Origin: Azolla caroliniana
Taxonomy: Eukaryota > Plantae > Polypodiophyta
DNA length: 64,000 nucleotides
Direction of reading: 5' to 3'
Assembly: GCA_043228905.1 (NCBI GenBank)
Contig: JBHGNT010000014.1
Location: forward strand, 8,866,001 to 8,930,000
This document shows positions 61,571 to 64,000 of this stretch, piece after piece. Each line of letters starts with the position of its first letter. Positions within the stretch are counted from its first letter, which is position 1. The position numbers and the translations under genes are program-made. Under the pieces are notes generated by a model. That model was not told the origin of the DNA, made no database searches, and saw only the letters and a list, made by a program, of their open reading frames with translations.

Positions 61571-64000
61571 CTTGTTTCATTTTCATACACAGGTCCTTCA
61601 ACATCACAGATGTTGTTTGTTCTTCCGCACTGACGACCTTGTTCCCAACATTTGGTATCAGAGCGTTGGAGGTTCTTCAACCCGCTATCGGCTGTCATAG
61701 TACACCACACAACACTCTATTTCTGTTTTTCTTGAAGAACAGAGAAGAGAGAAGACAAACAAGAAGTCTGCATCTCACTGTGTTAAATCACTAATTGGAG
61801 TAAGCTAGCCGGTTGTACTCTGTTCCTGTGATTGTAACCACTTGAGGTGAGCTCCTTGTGCAACACCCGACCCAATCGTGCTTCATTTGGTTAAACAACA
61901 TCCGAATAGGTCACCATACGCTATTCACCCACTTGTTGTAACCACTCACTACAGATTGGTCTCTAGGAAACAACCAAATTCATGCTTCATTCGGCTAATC
62001 GACATTCGGGAGGATCAGTTGGATCCGTCCCTCTCATCGTTGCAGTCATCCGAAGTAGAATCGGCCTAAACAATCGGTTTCTTGTGATCGGTATTCGGCA
62101 TACAATCGGAAGCTAACTGGAGTCACTCCAAGAAGGTTCAGCAAACAAGTATCCAAAACCAAACCGACTCAGGTTCAAGACCGACTAGAATGATATCGGG
62201 TGAGCCGACCGGCTGCACCCAACTAAGGTTCCTAGTCAACTCCGAACAGAGTCTTACCAACCGAAACCGAATCAGATGGCATCAACATCCGGCTCATCGG
62301 AGATGAGTCTAAGGAGGTTCGACGGTTCGAACTTCAACTTCTGGAAGCAACAAATGCAGGACTATCTCATAGTCAAGGGTCAGATAGACCCGATTGAGAA
62401 TGAAATCCTCCAAAAGCATACAAGGAAAACGAGTGGCTAAAGTTGGACAGAATTGTCCGCGCCACGATTCGGATGCATTTGTCGGAGATAGTGTACTTCA
62501 CAATGCAATCATGCTCGACAACTTTTGAACTTTGGAAGACACTATCGGAAATTTATGAAAAGAAGGTCGCTGCAATGAAGATGTATCTGATCTGGCGCCT
62601 CTACAACTTACGGATGAAAGAATCTGATTCAGTTCAGGCACACCTCAACGAGTACGAAAGCCTAAGCTCCCAAATATCTTCTCAGGGGACGGCAATAGAG
62701 GATGAACTCAGAGTAATGATACTCATGAGTAGTCTCCCCTCTTCTTGGGAAACTTTCGTCACAACCGTGTGCAATGCTTCAACAACTGCCATTAAATACT
62801 ACGAAATCACGAGCGCAATCCTGACTGAAGCAGTTCGGAGAAAGTCTTTCGCCAAAGACTTGGTAGATGAAGCTTACGTAGTACAAGGTTCGATTGACCG
62901 ATCAAACAACCGGGGAAGAAGTTCTTCCCAACCGCCGAACAATCAGCGAAGCTAGAGCAAGTCCTGGGACAACTGAATCTACAACTACTGCAAGAAATAG
63001 GGACACATCAAAGCCGACTATCGGGCACTCAAAGCAAAAACAAACAAAGTTCAGAGAGCGGATCAAAAGAGTAGCCGGCATGAGGAGGTCAATTACGTCG
63101 GCTCTTCAACCGAAATTTTGACGACCAACCCAAACATATTGTCCATAGAGAACCCAGTCGAATCAGAAGTTCTGCTTACGATTGAGGAATCGAGCACATG
63201 GCTCTTGGACTCGGGTGCATCGTTTCATGTGACACCTCACCGATCTCAGTTTCGGCAATACTCGGACCGGCACTCCGACTCAGTTCGAGTAAGGAACTCG
63301 CAACATTGTGCCATAATCGGAATCGGCACCATAGAGCTCAACCTTCCGGGTGCCTCTACACTCGTGCTACCCAACATCTGACACGTTCCTGAGCTTTCAA
63401 GACCCTTGATCTCAGTCGGATAACTTGACGAAGCCGGCATCCATGCTGGGTTCTCATCAGGAGGGTGGACACTCCACAAAGGGAACCTCCTGCTTGCTCG
63501 AGGACCAAAGGTACACTCTTTTTACCCTTTATATGTCACACTCAAAGAGAGTGACTTATTTCTGGTTGATATCCCCGTGTCATCGTTATGGCACGGACGA
63601 CTTGGACACTTCAGCAAGGCTGACATAACACACCTATCCAAAGCCGGTTACATCCCCAAGCTCTCCTTCTCGGATCACCAATTTTGCGAGCATTGCCAGT
63701 ACAGCAAACAGGTAGCCACATCACACCCGACATCAGCACCAAGAGAATCGAGTCCCCTCGATTTGGTCCACTCGGACGTCTGTGGCCCGATACCACATTA
63801 GTCTCTCGGCGGTGCTTCGTACTTTGTCAGTTTTATTGACGACTCGACTTGGAAGGTGTGGGCTTACCCCATTAGAACCAAAGATCGGGTGTTCTCGATC
63901 TTCTCTGAATGTCTTGCAATGGTCGAAAACCAGATCGGTCGGAAACTAAAATGTCTCCGAACCGATAATGGAGGAGAATTCAAGTCTGACAAATTCGTCA
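61382..64000 (+). mobile_element. Degenerate Ty1/copia (Tork-like) element: partial 5' LTR to 61650, PBS 61653, gag-protease-integrase from ~62276, running off the window
   Basis: cccaaca tt TGGTATCAGAGC; FDGSNFNFWK gag, WLLDSGASFH protease, LWHGRLGH...CEHC, LVHSDVCG and RTDNGGEF, with many stops. Confidence 0.9.

Overview
Nuclear, gene-free heterochromatin of a land plant, probably a non-seed plant and plausibly a fern (inference). Bases 1-~2990 are a decayed mitochondrial insertion (NUMT): partial rrnL/rrn26 on the minus strand, the 3' half only of a group I intron, and a 5'-truncated trnfM. The rest is a deeply nested stack of LTR retrotransposons. A Ty3/gypsy host (A2, tRNA-Arg PBS, ~11.2-55.9 kb) is split by four degenerate Ty1/copia elements (C, D, F, G), one intact very young Tnt1/Tork-like copia (E, 23801-29361, single 1357-aa ORF), a non-autonomous hAT-like element, and several insertions of a second Ty3/gypsy clade (B, LTRs TGTCG...GACA, tRNA-Trp PBS). 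Most junctions resolve to the base through target-site duplications (TSDs) and rejoined reading frames. Main signals: (1) all 7 clade-B insertion sites have a 4-bp target with a central CpG, while none of the copia 5-bp TSDs contains CG; (2) clade B has a candidate -1 ribosomal frameshift signal (G GAU UUU UAG, 6-nt spacer, pseudoknot) between protease and RT; (3) the copia family has conserved, mutually exclusive hairpins around its PPT plus a second internal PPT copy; (4) plant telomere repeats are inserted into two retroelement pol regions; (5) the rrnL group I intron looks split. Coordinates and alignments were read by eye; no searches were run.
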